A program made the translations under genes and the position numbers. Of a stretch of 56,996 bases of DNA, positions 9,553 to 19,170 are shown in pieces. The stretch covers positions 1 through 56,996 of the forward strand of contig CAYYBP010000001.1 of assembly GCA_964470275.1 (NCBI GenBank), read 5' to 3'. Origin of the DNA: an uncultured Anaerolinea sp. (GTDB taxonomy: Bacteria; Chloroflexota; Anaerolineae; Anaerolineales; Anaerolineaceae). The notes under the pieces are model-generated. The model was not told where the DNA came from. It was given only the letters and a program-made list of their open reading frames with translations, and made no database searches. Within the stretch, counting starts at the first letter, position 1, and every line of letters starts with the position of its first letter.

Positions 9553-10700
9553 CAACCGATTCTGCTGGAGAGGAATTGAGCCAGCTGCACCACCTGTTGA
9601 GCGAACAAACCCTCTGGTTGGGCTTTAATCGCGGGCATGAATTTCTGGTTCGCCTGGAAAACCTGTTCAGGGATGGCCGGGATCATCGCCCTCACCGGGT
9701 TTCCGGGAAGCAATTTCGACACCATATCTGCGGTCATTTGAAGGTCGGAACGGGTGCGATTGTACAGAATGACATCGATGTAGGTATCCGGCTGAGAGAT
9801 CAATTCTTTCAGGTAGCTGAGCAGCCGCCGTGTGCGCAGCACAGTCGCCGGGTAGGAATCCGTAAGAACGAGAAGTTGATCACACATCAGGCTGACTTTC
9901 TGCCATCCCGGAAGCATGGGATTGCCGATATCCAGGATCGTCACTCCTGCGAGTCCTTTCAGGCAGGCGGCAACGGCAGCGATCTTTTCTTCCAGGTTTC
10001 CAAATGCGCTCATATCCTGTTTGTCCGACGCCATGAACACGCTTGGACCAAACGAGGTGTGAACCGAGTACTTCTCAACGCTTTTGGCGGTGATCTTCGA
10101 AGCAGCAAGCGACAGTACTTTTTCCAGCCCATACGAGTCGGCGATATCCAGTTCCAGTCCCCAGGTCCCCTGGCCGGGGCGGAGTTCTGCGGCGAGGACT
10201 TCTTTCACCTGTGATTGAGCGATCGCTATCGCGAGATTTAGAGCCAGCGTCGAAGCCCCCAACCCGCCTTTTGCCGCGAGAATTCCACACATCCAGCCCC
10301 TTTTCTTCACGGGTGGAATAGTGCTTATCTTGGCGTTCTCCAGCAGGGTTTTAACGTGGGCGGTCAATTCCAGCGGATGGATCGGCTTGGTCAGGTAGTC
10401 ATCCGCTCCTGCATCGTAACCGGTGACCTTGTCCTGCACCTGGTTCTTGGCGGTGAACATCAGTATCGGGATGGCGGCGGTGGCTGGGTTGGCTTTGAGC
10501 TTTTGGGCGACCTCGTACCCGTCGATGGTGGGCATCAGCACATCCAGGATGACGAGATCGGGCTTGTTCTTCTCAGCCATATCGATCGCCATCTCGCCGG
10601 TGTTGGCGGCTGTGATCTTATACCCCTGACCTTGCAGCATCATTCCCACCAGGCGCAGGGTCTCCATATCATCATCTACGATCAGGATCTTCTCAGCCAT
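9552..10700 (-). CDS. Response-regulator receiver domain fused to a ParA/MinD-like (CpaE/TadZ-like) domain with a degenerate P-loop
   Basis: Canonical receiver (ILIVDDD ... VILDVLMP ... MFTA ... LTKP). ParA-like domain with KGGLGAST in place of KGGxGK[ST]. Start moved to MAEKILIV (ATG 10700), preceded by GGGAGGGAGA; the longer ORF-track start has no RBS. Confidence 0.8.
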   Translation of the reverse strand: MAEKILIVDDDMETLRLVGMMLQGQGYKITAANTGEMAIDMAEKNKPDLVILDVLMPTIDGYEVAQKLKANPATAAIPILMFTAKNQVQDKVTGYDAGADDYLTKPIHPLELTAHVKTLLENAKISTIPPVKKRGWMCGILAAKGGLGASTLALNLAIAIAQSQVKEVLAAELRPGQGTWGLELDIADSYGLEKVLSLAASKITAKSVEKYSVHTSFGPSVFMASDKQDMSAFGNLEEKIAAVAACLKGLAGVTILDIGNPMLPGWQKVSLMCDQLLVLTDSYPATVLRTRRLLSYLKELISQPDTYIDVILYNRTRSDLQMTADMVSKLLPGNPVRAMIPAIPEQVFQANQKFMPAIKAQPEGLFAQQVVQLAQFLSSRIG

Positions 10701-10804
10701 TCTCCCTCCCTTTCTTATTCTTGTAGTCAGTCTAGCATATTCAGCAGGCGACTTCAAGAGCTTGTTGTGACTCTCCTGCATTTCCTGGATGCTATAATGA
10801 CAGT

Positions 10805-12232
10805 ATGCAGCATGATCCGTTCAGCAGAGAGGCTATTACCAGGCTGGGGCTCGACCTGGGCAAACCGGTTTTGGTTGGCTTTTCCGCCGGTCCTGATTCG
10901 CTTTGCCTGCTGCACCTGCTGCGGAGCAGCGGTTACACCGTCGTAGCCGCGCACCTCGACCATAGTCTGCGTCCAGCCTCCGGCGACGAAGCTAAAAAGG
11001 CTGGTGAACTTTGCGCCAGCCTGGGGATTCCGTTTCATCTCGAGAAGGCGGATGTGGCGGGTTACGCGGCGAAAAATGGGATTTCCATCGAAGAGGCGGG
11101 CAGAGAGCTGCGTTACACGTTCCTGTTTGCCCAGGCTGCCAGGTCCAATGCGCAAGCCGTGGTGACAGGCCATCACGCCGGCGACCAGGTGGAGACGGTG
11201 TTGATGCATTTCCTACGCGGCAGCGGGCTGAGCGGGCTGGCGGGGATACGGCCTGTGCTGCTGCCGAATCCCTGGAGTGACGTCATTCCCCTCGTCCGGC
11301 CATTGCTTGGCGTTACCCGCGAGCAGATTGACCATTACTGCCGCCAGAATCACCTCAACCCGGTCGTGGATGAATCGAATGCCGATCCCCGCTACTTCCG
11401 CAACCGCATCCGTCATGAACTGGTGCCGTACCTGCAGACATTCAACCCCGAGTTTACCCAGCACCTGGTGAACATGAGCGAGGTGGTGAGAGAAGAGGAC
11501 GATTACCTTGTTTGTGAAACCCGGCGCGCCTGGGAGCAGGTGGTTATTGAACAGGGTGAAACATATCTTGTGCTCGAACGCGACCGATTCAATTCGCTGC
11601 CCATCGCGCTCGCACGCCGGCTCATGCGAGCGGCCATCGGCGCGCTCAACCGTGACTTGCGTGATATCAATTTCACCACTGTTGACCGCGCGCTCGCATT
11701 TGCCCGTTCATCAAACCACGCCAACCAGGAGGAATTGCAGGCCGGGTTGGACCTGCTCATCCACATGCGCGATCAATTGGTGCTGGTCACGCATCAAAAC
11801 CTGCCTGGCGCGCTGTGGCCGCAATACGCACCGGGGACGGATGTTGTCCTCGCCGTGCCGGGTGAAACACGCATCAACGCTTACTGGTCTATCAGCTCCT
11901 CCCTTTGCGACCGCGAGCACCCGACCCTGGCCGATCCCGCTATCGGGCTCATGGACGCTTGCATCCTGGATGCTCCACTCCGGCTCGGCACAGTTAAACC
12001 CGGAGACCGTTTCCAGCCACTTGGCATGGAAGCCGGCACGCAAAAACTCGGGGATTTCTGGACCAACAATGGGCTCTCTGCGCGCGCACGGGAGCATTGG
12101 CCACTGGTCAGGTCCGGCGGCGAGATCGTGTGGGTGCCCGGCTTTCGCGTGGCCCACTCAGCACGCGTGAAACCCGACACAACGCAAGTATTGCGATTGG
12201 AATTGATCAGGAAAACAAAACCGGAGCCGTGA
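10805..12232 (+). CDS. tilS: tRNA(Ile)-lysidine synthase
   Basis: PP-loop VGFSAGPDSLCLLHLL, GHHAGDQVETVLM, C-terminal TilS domain (WPLV..GGEIVWVPG). Confidence 0.93.
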   Translation: MQHDPFSREAITRLGLDLGKPVLVGFSAGPDSLCLLHLLRSSGYTVVAAHLDHSLRPASGDEAKKAGELCASLGIPFHLEKADVAGYAAKNGISIEEAGRELRYTFLFAQAARSNAQAVVTGHHAGDQVETVLMHFLRGSGLSGLAGIRPVLLPNPWSDVIPLVRPLLGVTREQIDHYCRQNHLNPVVDESNADPRYFRNRIRHELVPYLQTFNPEFTQHLVNMSEVVREEDDYLVCETRRAWEQVVIEQGETYLVLERDRFNSLPIALARRLMRAAIGALNRDLRDINFTTVDRALAFARSSNHANQEELQAGLDLLIHMRDQLVLVTHQNLPGALWPQYAPGTDVVLAVPGETRINAYWSISSSLCDREHPTLADPAIGLMDACILDAPLRLGTVKPGDRFQPLGMEAGTQKLGDFWTNNGLSARAREHWPLVRSGGEIVWVPGFRVAHSARVKPDTTQVLRLELIRKTKPEP

Positions 12233-12250
12233 GGGCCCCGGTTTGAGCGT

Positions 12251-13144
12251 TTATCCTTCGCCAGTGAGTTGGCGCAGTTTTGTGCTGATTTCGCGCCATT
12301 GAATTTTGGAGACCCCAAGCTTTTGACGGATGGCATCCTTCTCCATGCCGGAGCGCCAATCATCCACCGAACAGGTCCAGCGGCACATGTCAAAGGAAAG
12401 ATGTTTATCCAGTCCGGCTTCCTTGCCGATATCCTCCAGCAGGTACTCCAGCCGGCGAGGCGACCATGGAAAGACCTGTTCCACCGGGTGATATTGCTCC
12501 AGGTATTCCTGGTAGGCTTCCACCCAATCCCCCGTGAGCGGGATATTGCGTTCTTTGTATCGGCTACCGCTGGCGGAGTAGCGCACGAACAGCCGCGGAC
12601 TCTTGTTGCTTTCCAGGTCGATGTGGTTCAGGTTAAGCGCGAGGCATTCGCGCTTTTTTATTCCGGTCGACAGCAAGAGGCTTAACAAAACGTACAGGCG
12701 CGCGTCCGGTTTTTCCGAGGTACGGTATTTCCTGGCGGTTTCCAGCACGCGCAGCTCTTCATCCGGCGTGAGTATCTGGGCCAGGGGGCTGACGACCGCC
12801 TTCTGCAGCACTCTCTCCGCCGGGTCCATGGGGATGCGGCCGGATTGCGTCAACCAGCGGAAGAAAGACTTGATCGAGGTGATGCGCCGTGACAGCGTTT
12901 TCGGGCTGCAGGGCACCCTGCGTTCGTGCTGCAGCCAATCCAGGAAGCGGTTGATGTCGCTGGTTGTGATGCTGCCGACCATCGTTTCTGGCGGGAAGAA
13001 ATCGCTGAACAGGTTCATGTCGCCAAGAAAAGCCTTGACGGTGTGAGGTGATTTTCCCTGATCGTTGAGAAAATATTCCCAGGCGCTGATCGCCGAGTGA
13101 AAAGTGGTTTCAGACGTGATGTGCAGCTCAGGAACTGTGTTCAT
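12251..13144 (-). CDS. Tyrosine-recombinase (XerC/XerD)-like protein with a degenerate active site
   Basis: SAM-like N-terminal core-binding domain (HTVKAFLGDMNLFSDFF ... TLSRRITSIKSFFRWL) and an integrase-fold C-terminal domain. By-eye alignment to XerD gives K-K-D-R-V-(no Tyr) at the R-K-H-R-H-Y positions. Confidence 0.75.
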   Translation of the reverse strand: MNTVPELHITSETTFHSAISAWEYFLNDQGKSPHTVKAFLGDMNLFSDFFPPETMVGSITTSDINRFLDWLQHERRVPCSPKTLSRRITSIKSFFRWLTQSGRIPMDPAERVLQKAVVSPLAQILTPDEELRVLETARKYRTSEKPDARLYVLLSLLLSTGIKKRECLALNLNHIDLESNKSPRLFVRYSASGSRYKERNIPLTGDWVEAYQEYLEQYHPVEQVFPWSPRRLEYLLEDIGKEAGLDKHLSFDMCRWTCSVDDWRSGMEKDAIRQKLGVSKIQWREISTKLRQLTGEG

Positions 13145-13236
13145 GATCCCATCCTTGAAAAAATATTTCGTATAGCATTATTAACCTGAGTTTACACAGG
13201 GAAAGGGACTTTGTCAATAAGCAATTTTCAGGTGAT

Positions 13237-14256
13237 TTACGGGTATAGCGCTGCCCTAATGATCTCACGGATGGGATCGACATTGGGGATCAACACCATA
13301 GCGCCGCCGTCGGTCACAAAGTGGGTGATATCCTCTTCCCCGATTGCATACTGCTTGACGATGGCCGGGTCTGACACTATTTTGGCCGCGAACGGCAGCA
13401 GCTCGGTCATTTTTGAGAAGGGCAGGTCCGTCTCTACGCTGTTTTTGAAGAGCTCGTAGAATTCGGAGGCGCGGCTGAGCCCGTTGAGGCTCATCGCCTG
13501 TTTGAAGATCGCCTGAAAGACCTCCTGTGCGCGCCGGGTTCGGTCAAAGTCGCTGGTGGAATAGCGGGAGCGCACATACCACAACGCCGTGTCGCCGTCC
13601 ATGTAATTCACGCCGGGGCCGACGTAACAATACTTGTACACCGCTTGCGGCAGGTCGCAGCGGTCGTACAGCTCGTATGCCGCGTTGACACTGATGCCGC
13701 CAAGTGTATCCACGATCCCTACAAAACCGGCGAAGTTGGTCATCATGTAGTAATCAACGGGAATGTTGAAATTGTATTTCAACGTTTCCTGCAGCAACTC
13801 AAAGCCCCCGTACGCCATCGCCGTGTTGATCCTTTCATATCCGATCCCGGGGATTTGGACGTACAGGTCGCGCGGAAAAGAGGTCAGGGTGGCAATCCCT
13901 CGATCGGGTATCAGGGAGAGCAGCATGATGACATCGCTCCGGTATCCCTCTCCGGGGCGCCAGTCCGATCCCAGCAGCAGAATATTCACCTGTCCTTCCG
14001 GTCGATCCAGCCCGAGGAAGATCCTATCCGAGGGGGTGGCCACCGGTGTGAGGGTGGCTGCCGCGCTGGTGGGGGTGCCGGTGGGTTGGCGCGTTTCATA
14101 TGCCGGCTGGAACGGGGTGGGGGTCGCCGGGTAGTTCCCTTCAATGTCCGCCACCGGGATGGGCGTGTTGACGCCGGCCCGGCCTGGAACCACGCAGCTT
14201 GTGATTAAGAGTAACATCGTAAAAATTACGATGAGAAATCTGTTTCGCATAAGCAT
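13237..14256 (-). CDS. LytR-CpsA-Psr (LCP) family cell-envelope glycopolymer transferase
   Basis: TM anchor, T/P-rich linker, LCP core NILLLGSDWRPGEGYRSDVIMLLSL. Start set to MLMRNRF (ATG 14256) with GGAG 9 nt upstream. Confidence 0.85.
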   Translation of the reverse strand: MLMRNRFLIVIFTMLLLITSCVVPGRAGVNTPIPVADIEGNYPATPTPFQPAYETRQPTGTPTSAAATLTPVATPSDRIFLGLDRPEGQVNILLLGSDWRPGEGYRSDVIMLLSLIPDRGIATLTSFPRDLYVQIPGIGYERINTAMAYGGFELLQETLKYNFNIPVDYYMMTNFAGFVGIVDTLGGISVNAAYELYDRCDLPQAVYKYCYVGPGVNYMDGDTALWYVRSRYSTSDFDRTRRAQEVFQAIFKQAMSLNGLSRASEFYELFKNSVETDLPFSKMTELLPFAAKIVSDPAIVKQYAIGEEDITHFVTDGGAMVLIPNVDPIREIIRAALYP

Positions 14257-14369
14257 TATTTTACTCCACTTACAGGACGGAAAAAACGCGCTCAAGTTCC
14301 CGCGTTGCGCTATTTTCTATTCTGAAGGTTGACAATCCTTCAGAGTCTGTTAAAATATCCACCAGAAAT

Positions 14370-14454
<85 letters not shown>

Positions 14455-14460
14455 CTCAAA

Positions 14461-14488
14461 CCCGCAGTTGAAATGACTGCGGGTTTTG
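14461..14488 (+). terminator. Intrinsic terminator after tRNA-Leu
   Basis: CCCGCAGT-TGAAATG-ACTGCGGG followed by TTTTGTATTG. Confidence 0.75.
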
Positions 14489-14525
14489 TATTGTCTCAGT
14501 CTGCAGAATGCGGTAATATTAATCC

Positions 14526-14921
14526 ATGCAGAAGTTTTTCGAAAAATTTAAAATCAAGATCGACCTGAAAAAGGTCGGGTTGATCGTCGCCACGGTGATC
14601 CTGTTCTTCCTCGTCATGGACTTGAACACCCGTTTGAGCGAGTTGTCCCGCCTGACAACCCAGCGGGATGAAGCCGCCACAGTGGTGGCGCAGCTCAGCA
14701 GCACCCTGGAGGTGCTCGAAACACAGGTGGCGTTTGCCCAGTCAGGGGGGGCGGTTGAGGAGTGGGCCTACAACGAAGGGCACATGGTGCGCGAGAACGA
14801 GGTGCTCGTCATCCCGCTTTCACCGCCGGGCACGACCCAGGTTCCTGCGCTGGTCCCCACGCCCGTGCCGGAGCCTGTCGCCAACTGGCAGATCTGGCTG
14901 GCGCTGCTTCTAGGAAAATAG
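14526..14921 (+). CDS. Septum formation initiator-like protein (FtsB/DivIC family)
   Basis: 131 aa. One N-terminal TM helix, a coiled-coil segment, then VEEWAYNEGHMVRENEVLVIP, resembling the FtsB/DivIC C-terminal motif. Confidence 0.6.
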   Translation: MQKFFEKFKIKIDLKKVGLIVATVILFFLVMDLNTRLSELSRLTTQRDEAATVVAQLSSTLEVLETQVAFAQSGGAVEEWAYNEGHMVRENEVLVIPLSPPGTTQVPALVPTPVPEPVANWQIWLALLLGK

Positions 14922-14954
14922 AAAAAGACTCCTGAAAAATCAGGAGTCTTTTTT
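14922..14954. terminator. Bidirectional intrinsic terminator between convergent genes
   Basis: AAAAAGACTCCTG-AAAAAT-CAGGAGTCTTTTTT. The right arm overlaps the last codons and stop of the GAF-PP2C gene. Confidence 0.8.
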
Positions 14955-17900
14955 CAAGCGGTGGATGGCCAGCATGGTCAGGTCATCGGAAACCGGTTCA
15001 TCCTGCCGAAAGGCCGTGACGTGTTCCTCGATTCCCTCCAGTAATTCTGAAGCTGATTTGAAAGGATCTTCTTTGAACGCGGACAGCAGACGTTTTTCTG
15101 AGAATTGGTCGCCAGCGGGCGAGAATGTCTCGGTGACGCCATCTGTGTAAAACAACAGCGTGTCGCCTTCCTTCATCGAGATCTTGTGGCAGGGGTATTT
15201 TTCCCCTTCCAGCACGCCAAGCGCGACCCCGCCCCTGGCGAGTCTCTCAATATGGCGCGTGTGATGCCTGAACAACAGGGGCAGGTTGTGACCGGCGTTG
15301 GCGTATTCCAGCACCCCGCTGCGCGGGTCCAGAACCGCGTAGATCGCTGTGACGAACATCCCGTTTTCCGACTCCTCCTCCAGCAGTTCGTTCACCCTGG
15401 TCATTACATCGGCTGGTGAACTCAGCGATTGCGCCGCCGAGCGGATCAGGGTTCGCGTCACGGTCATGTACAGCGCTGCGGGCATGCCTTTATCCGCGAC
15501 ATCCGCGATCGCGAAGGCGATGCGCCCGTCCCTGGTGGTGAACACGTCATAAAAATCGCCGCCCACTTCCCTGGCGGTTCTCCACCGCAGGTCAACCTCC
15601 CAGCCGTCGATTTCCGGCATGGTTTGCGGCAGGAAGGTTTTTTGAATCTGCCGCGCCAGTTGCATCTCGCGTTCGATCCGTTCTCGGTCGACCATTTCAA
15701 TTTTTAATCTTTCATTTTGAATGGCCAGCGCGGTTTGCTGTGCGACTCCTTTGATCAGTTCTACCCGTTTCTGGTGGTATGCCGCCTGAATGTTGGTCTC
15801 ACGTGTGAGCATAATGCCGTAATGCTCGCCTTTGATCCCCAACGGGAACCCCAGCAGCCAGCTTGAACTTTCAGGGATGCTGGCGTTCATGTCCATCTGG
15901 CAGTTCAATCTGCGCCAAGTCGTAAATGGGGTCTCCGGATCGGGCAGCAGGCAGCCGGCAATGCTGTCCTGTTCGTGGATCCAATCCAGCAGCGGGAATT
16001 CACCTGGCAAAAACGACCGCCCAAGGATTTCTTCCTGCTCGGTGTGCGAGGGTGTCGCCACCTTGGCGGGTTTGTAGCGTGTTTCCTCGGCATCCCACAG
16101 GTACACCACGCAGGTATCCACGCCAGCCAGGATGGGCATCAACTGCACGATCGTGTCAAGAATGTCCTGCAGATCGTTCTGGCTGACCACTGCCTGCGCA
16201 ACTTGCAGCAATACCGCCGTGACGTAGGCTTCTTCCTGCCGGTTCTCCAACAGGCGGATATTTTCCAGTCCAACGGTCATCTGCTGGGCAATTCCCTGCA
16301 GGATGGCCAGCGTCTGGTCGGTGAACCGGTTTTCAGTCCCGGGCGCGCCTTTGCTGTTGTGCGAGACCAGGAAGGCTCCGTGCAGCTCACCGTGGGCGAT
16401 CAACGGCACAAGCACCAGGGTGTGGATTTTCTCTGAATGTTGCAGCGATTTAAGTCCCAGTTCAGTTTCGGGGTCAGTCACAAAGACCGGCGCCAGCGTG
16501 GCGTGCAGCCTTAATAACGCCACTGCTTCCGTATCCTTGATCTGCTTTTCCCGCTCAAGCGGTTGAAATCCGTACCAGTTCATCAGTTTGAAAGTTTCAT
16601 TATCGGGTTGGATCAGCAATACCGCGCATTGTTCAATGCCCACCAGCAGCGGAGCGAGCCGTACGATGGTGGAAAGCAGCGCGTCAACCGTGGTGATCGA
16701 CTGCATCGCTTCCGCCACCTGCAGCAGGACCGTGGAGGACCAGGCTTCTTCCTGGGCGGTGGCGTACAGCCTGGCGTTTTGAATCGCGACCGCAGCGTAG
16801 CTCGCGAGCGTGGTGGCGATGGCTGACGCTTCGGATCCGTACCTGCCTTCGGTGTGATGCGCCAGCGTCAATACCCCCAGTATTTCGTCACCCGACCGCA
16901 GCGGAACTGCCAGCGAGGAGTAATTGGGCTTGAACTTTCGAGCCGCACCAAGCGGTCCGATCGGGTCATCCGGTTGGCGGATGACTGGTTCGTTGCTGGT
17001 GATGCCCTTGTTCAAGAAATTACGCACAGGGATCGATTCTTCCGTGGAGAGGATGATCTTTTTCCCCGGAACCCCCCGCACCGCGGCAAGGTTGAGGGCT
17101 CTCTCCTCGACTGCTGTTTCCGGGTTGTTGTCTGTCAGCCAGACCGCGGACGCGTCGCATGGCAGGCTGCTCTCCAGCGCTTCCAGGATCCGGTCCAGCA
17201 GGTCGGGCAGGGCAAGGTTGGTGATCAATAAACCGGCGATGTCCCGAAAACTATCCGATACCTGCCGCCGCCAGCTCTCAGAATGGAAGAGAGAGGCGTT
17301 TCGCAGTGACAGTGCGATCCCTGATGCCAGGCTTTCAAACAGGTCCAGGTCAGCCTGGGTGAAGGCGCGTAGTTTATCGGATTGCAGGTCGAGCACGCCG
17401 GTGACATCATCCCCGAATTTTAGCGGGATCGTCAACTCGGACCGCACCTTCTTGGGGAAATACCTGGAGGGTGTGTAAAGCGGGCTCGAAGCCACGTCGT
17501 TGGCCAGGATGGTGATCCCGCTGCGCGCTGCGGTAGGGATGATCCCCGTCGGCGAGTTCAGATCAAAGGCGAAAGCGTTCGGTTTCAACTTTTGCGCCTG
17601 GGGTGAGGTGCCAGCCTGGAAGATCACCTTCATGCGGTTGCTGTGAACGGTGAATATGTGCACATACGGGATGGAAAACCGGCTCGAGATGATCGTCACC
17701 ACCTTGTTGAGCAGCTCCTCCAGGTTGAGGATCGACGAAAGCACGTACCCGATCTCCGCGACTGCCGAGAGTTGCGCTGCCCGCTGATCCAGCGTCGTGA
17801 ACAGCCGCGTGCTCTCGATCGCCAGCGCGATCGTATCCCCCAGAGACCGCAGCACCAGCATGTCATTTTCGTGAAAAGCTTCTGCTTCGTTCGATTGGAT

Positions 17901-18755
17901 GTCCAGCACGCCCAGGATGCGATTGTCCGCGATCAACGGCAGCACGACCTCAGCCTTGGTATCCGGCAGCGATGCGTGCGCTTGATAGAGCGGCTCCCGG
18001 GTTACGTCATTGGCCAGAACCTCTTTCCCTTTTCTGGCTGCGGCCCCGACCAATCCTTTTTCAAAATCTACAGACTTGAACAGGTTTTCCTGGTTTGGCA
18101 GGCAGCCGAGTGAACTGGCGCGAAAATTGATCTTCCGTTCTTCCCCGTCCAGCGTGAAGATTCCCACGTGGTAATAATTGAAGGAGCATTGGATCAGGTT
18201 GGTGACCCTGGAGCAAAGATCGTCCAGGTTCATGATGTTGGTGATCTGGGAACTGACCGAACGTACCAGTGAGAGCTGGTCATAGCGCCAGTTCTTGATC
18301 GATACCTGGCGGTTTACCTGCATCGCCAGCGCGGCGATCCCCATCAGGGTTCGTAATAAGACGACGTCCTGCGGATCGAAAGGCTCTTCTTCCGGGCGCT
18401 CAACGAACAGCACTCCCAGCAGGTTGTCCTGGGTGATGACAGGCAAGGCGATCGCGTCCGGATGGACTGATTTCGTTGCCCTTTTCCGGCGCGTGGAATA
18501 AGCGCTGCGTTTTTCAAACGCTTTTTGTACAGCCACGGGGGCGCCTTTTGAAGGTAGCAGGCCGCTTTTCTTTTCACCAGGCAGCGGATAAAAGGGTTCC
18601 GCCAGCCACAAACGGGCATTACACCGCAGCCTGGTCCGAACCGCCTGACTGAAGGCGGTGCACAGGCTCTCGGCATCCGGTTGAGAGAGCAGCTCTTCAC
18701 CGAGCGAAAGGAATTCTTCCCAGGAGGAAAAAACTACTGGCTCAGGGTCAGTCAT
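14940..18755 (-). CDS. Six-GAF-domain PP2C (SpoIIE/RsbU-type) serine phosphatase
   Basis: 1271 aa. C-terminal PP2C (REVGGDFYDVF ... IADVADKGMPAALYM ... YANAGHNLPLL ... LLFYTDGVTE). It is preceded by about six ~165-aa modules, each ending in a recurring A(L/V)AI(E/Q)N(A/T/E)RL-type helix typical of GAF domains. Confidence 0.9.
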   Translation of the reverse strand: MTDPEPVVFSSWEEFLSLGEELLSQPDAESLCTAFSQAVRTRLRCNARLWLAEPFYPLPGEKKSGLLPSKGAPVAVQKAFEKRSAYSTRRKRATKSVHPDAIALPVITQDNLLGVLFVERPEEEPFDPQDVVLLRTLMGIAALAMQVNRQVSIKNWRYDQLSLVRSVSSQITNIMNLDDLCSRVTNLIQCSFNYYHVGIFTLDGEERKINFRASSLGCLPNQENLFKSVDFEKGLVGAAARKGKEVLANDVTREPLYQAHASLPDTKAEVVLPLIADNRILGVLDIQSNEAEAFHENDMLVLRSLGDTIALAIESTRLFTTLDQRAAQLSAVAEIGYVLSSILNLEELLNKVVTIISSRFSIPYVHIFTVHSNRMKVIFQAGTSPQAQKLKPNAFAFDLNSPTGIIPTAARSGITILANDVASSPLYTPSRYFPKKVRSELTIPLKFGDDVTGVLDLQSDKLRAFTQADLDLFESLASGIALSLRNASLFHSESWRRQVSDSFRDIAGLLITNLALPDLLDRILEALESSLPCDASAVWLTDNNPETAVEERALNLAAVRGVPGKKIILSTEESIPVRNFLNKGITSNEPVIRQPDDPIGPLGAARKFKPNYSSLAVPLRSGDEILGVLTLAHHTEGRYGSEASAIATTLASYAAVAIQNARLYATAQEEAWSSTVLLQVAEAMQSITTVDALLSTIVRLAPLLVGIEQCAVLLIQPDNETFKLMNWYGFQPLEREKQIKDTEAVALLRLHATLAPVFVTDPETELGLKSLQHSEKIHTLVLVPLIAHGELHGAFLVSHNSKGAPGTENRFTDQTLAILQGIAQQMTVGLENIRLLENRQEEAYVTAVLLQVAQAVVSQNDLQDILDTIVQLMPILAGVDTCVVYLWDAEETRYKPAKVATPSHTEQEEILGRSFLPGEFPLLDWIHEQDSIAGCLLPDPETPFTTWRRLNCQMDMNASIPESSSWLLGFPLGIKGEHYGIMLTRETNIQAAYHQKRVELIKGVAQQTALAIQNERLKIEMVDRERIEREMQLARQIQKTFLPQTMPEIDGWEVDLRWRTAREVGGDFYDVFTTRDGRIAFAIADVADKGMPAALYMTVTRTLIRSAAQSLSSPADVMTRVNELLEEESENGMFVTAIYAVLDPRSGVLEYANAGHNLPLLFRHHTRHIERLARGGVALGVLEGEKYPCHKISMKEGDTLLFYTDGVTETFSPAGDQFSEKRLLSAFKEDPFKSASELLEGIEEHVTAFRQDEPVSDDLTMLAIHRLKKDS

Positions 18756-19159
18756 TCTTTAAGTTTGGTCAGCGTCAGCCGGTTATGGTTTTCGTAAAAA
18801 TCAAATTTCACTTCGTCCATAAGCTGGCACATCAGGTAATACCCAAGACCGTTGTTCTTACGGTCTTTTAATGCTGCGGATAGATTGGGAACGGGGATAC
18901 ACGCGGGGTCGAATGGCTGGCCAAAGTCCTCCAGGATCACCTGGATCCCAGAAGTGAGCTGGTCGCAGGTGCAGATGACTTCACCAATGTCTTCACCTCC
19001 ATAGGAATGCTCAATTATATTAGAAACAGCCTCGTCTACGGCTGTTTCTAATTCAAAGAGCGCTTTGTCCGAAAGACCGGCGGTCTCTCCTTCACCTCTA
19101 ACGTATTCCGCGATGAGCGAGAGACTCTCAAACCGGCCAGGAAAGATCCTGGTTATCAT
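18752..19159 (-). CDS. Anti-sigma-factor-like serine kinase (RsbW/SpoIIAB-type HATPase)
   Basis: 135 aa. N-box-like ETAVDEAVSNIIEHSY and G-box-like NNGLGYYLMCQLMDEV. Its stop region overlaps the start of the phosphatase gene by 4 nt (18752-18755). Confidence 0.85.
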   Translation of the reverse strand: MITRIFPGRFESLSLIAEYVRGEGETAGLSDKALFELETAVDEAVSNIIEHSYGGEDIGEVICTCDQLTSGIQVILEDFGQPFDPACIPVPNLSAALKDRKNNGLGYYLMCQLMDEVKFDFYENHNRLTLTKLKE

Positions 19160-19170
19160 ACATATATTTC

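Noticed and set aside
10701-10781. Longer N-terminal extensions offered by the ORF track for several genes: 10781 (response regulator), 22309 (NBR1-like), 14295 (LCP), 19577 (LysM), 27122 (KH), 53528 (cmk), 34261 (greA) and 32531 (membrane protein).
   Set aside because: In each case an internal ATG or GTG is preceded by a clear GGAG/AGGAG-type RBS at 6-10 nt and yields the family-typical N-terminus. The extensions lack RBSs or overlap upstream genes.
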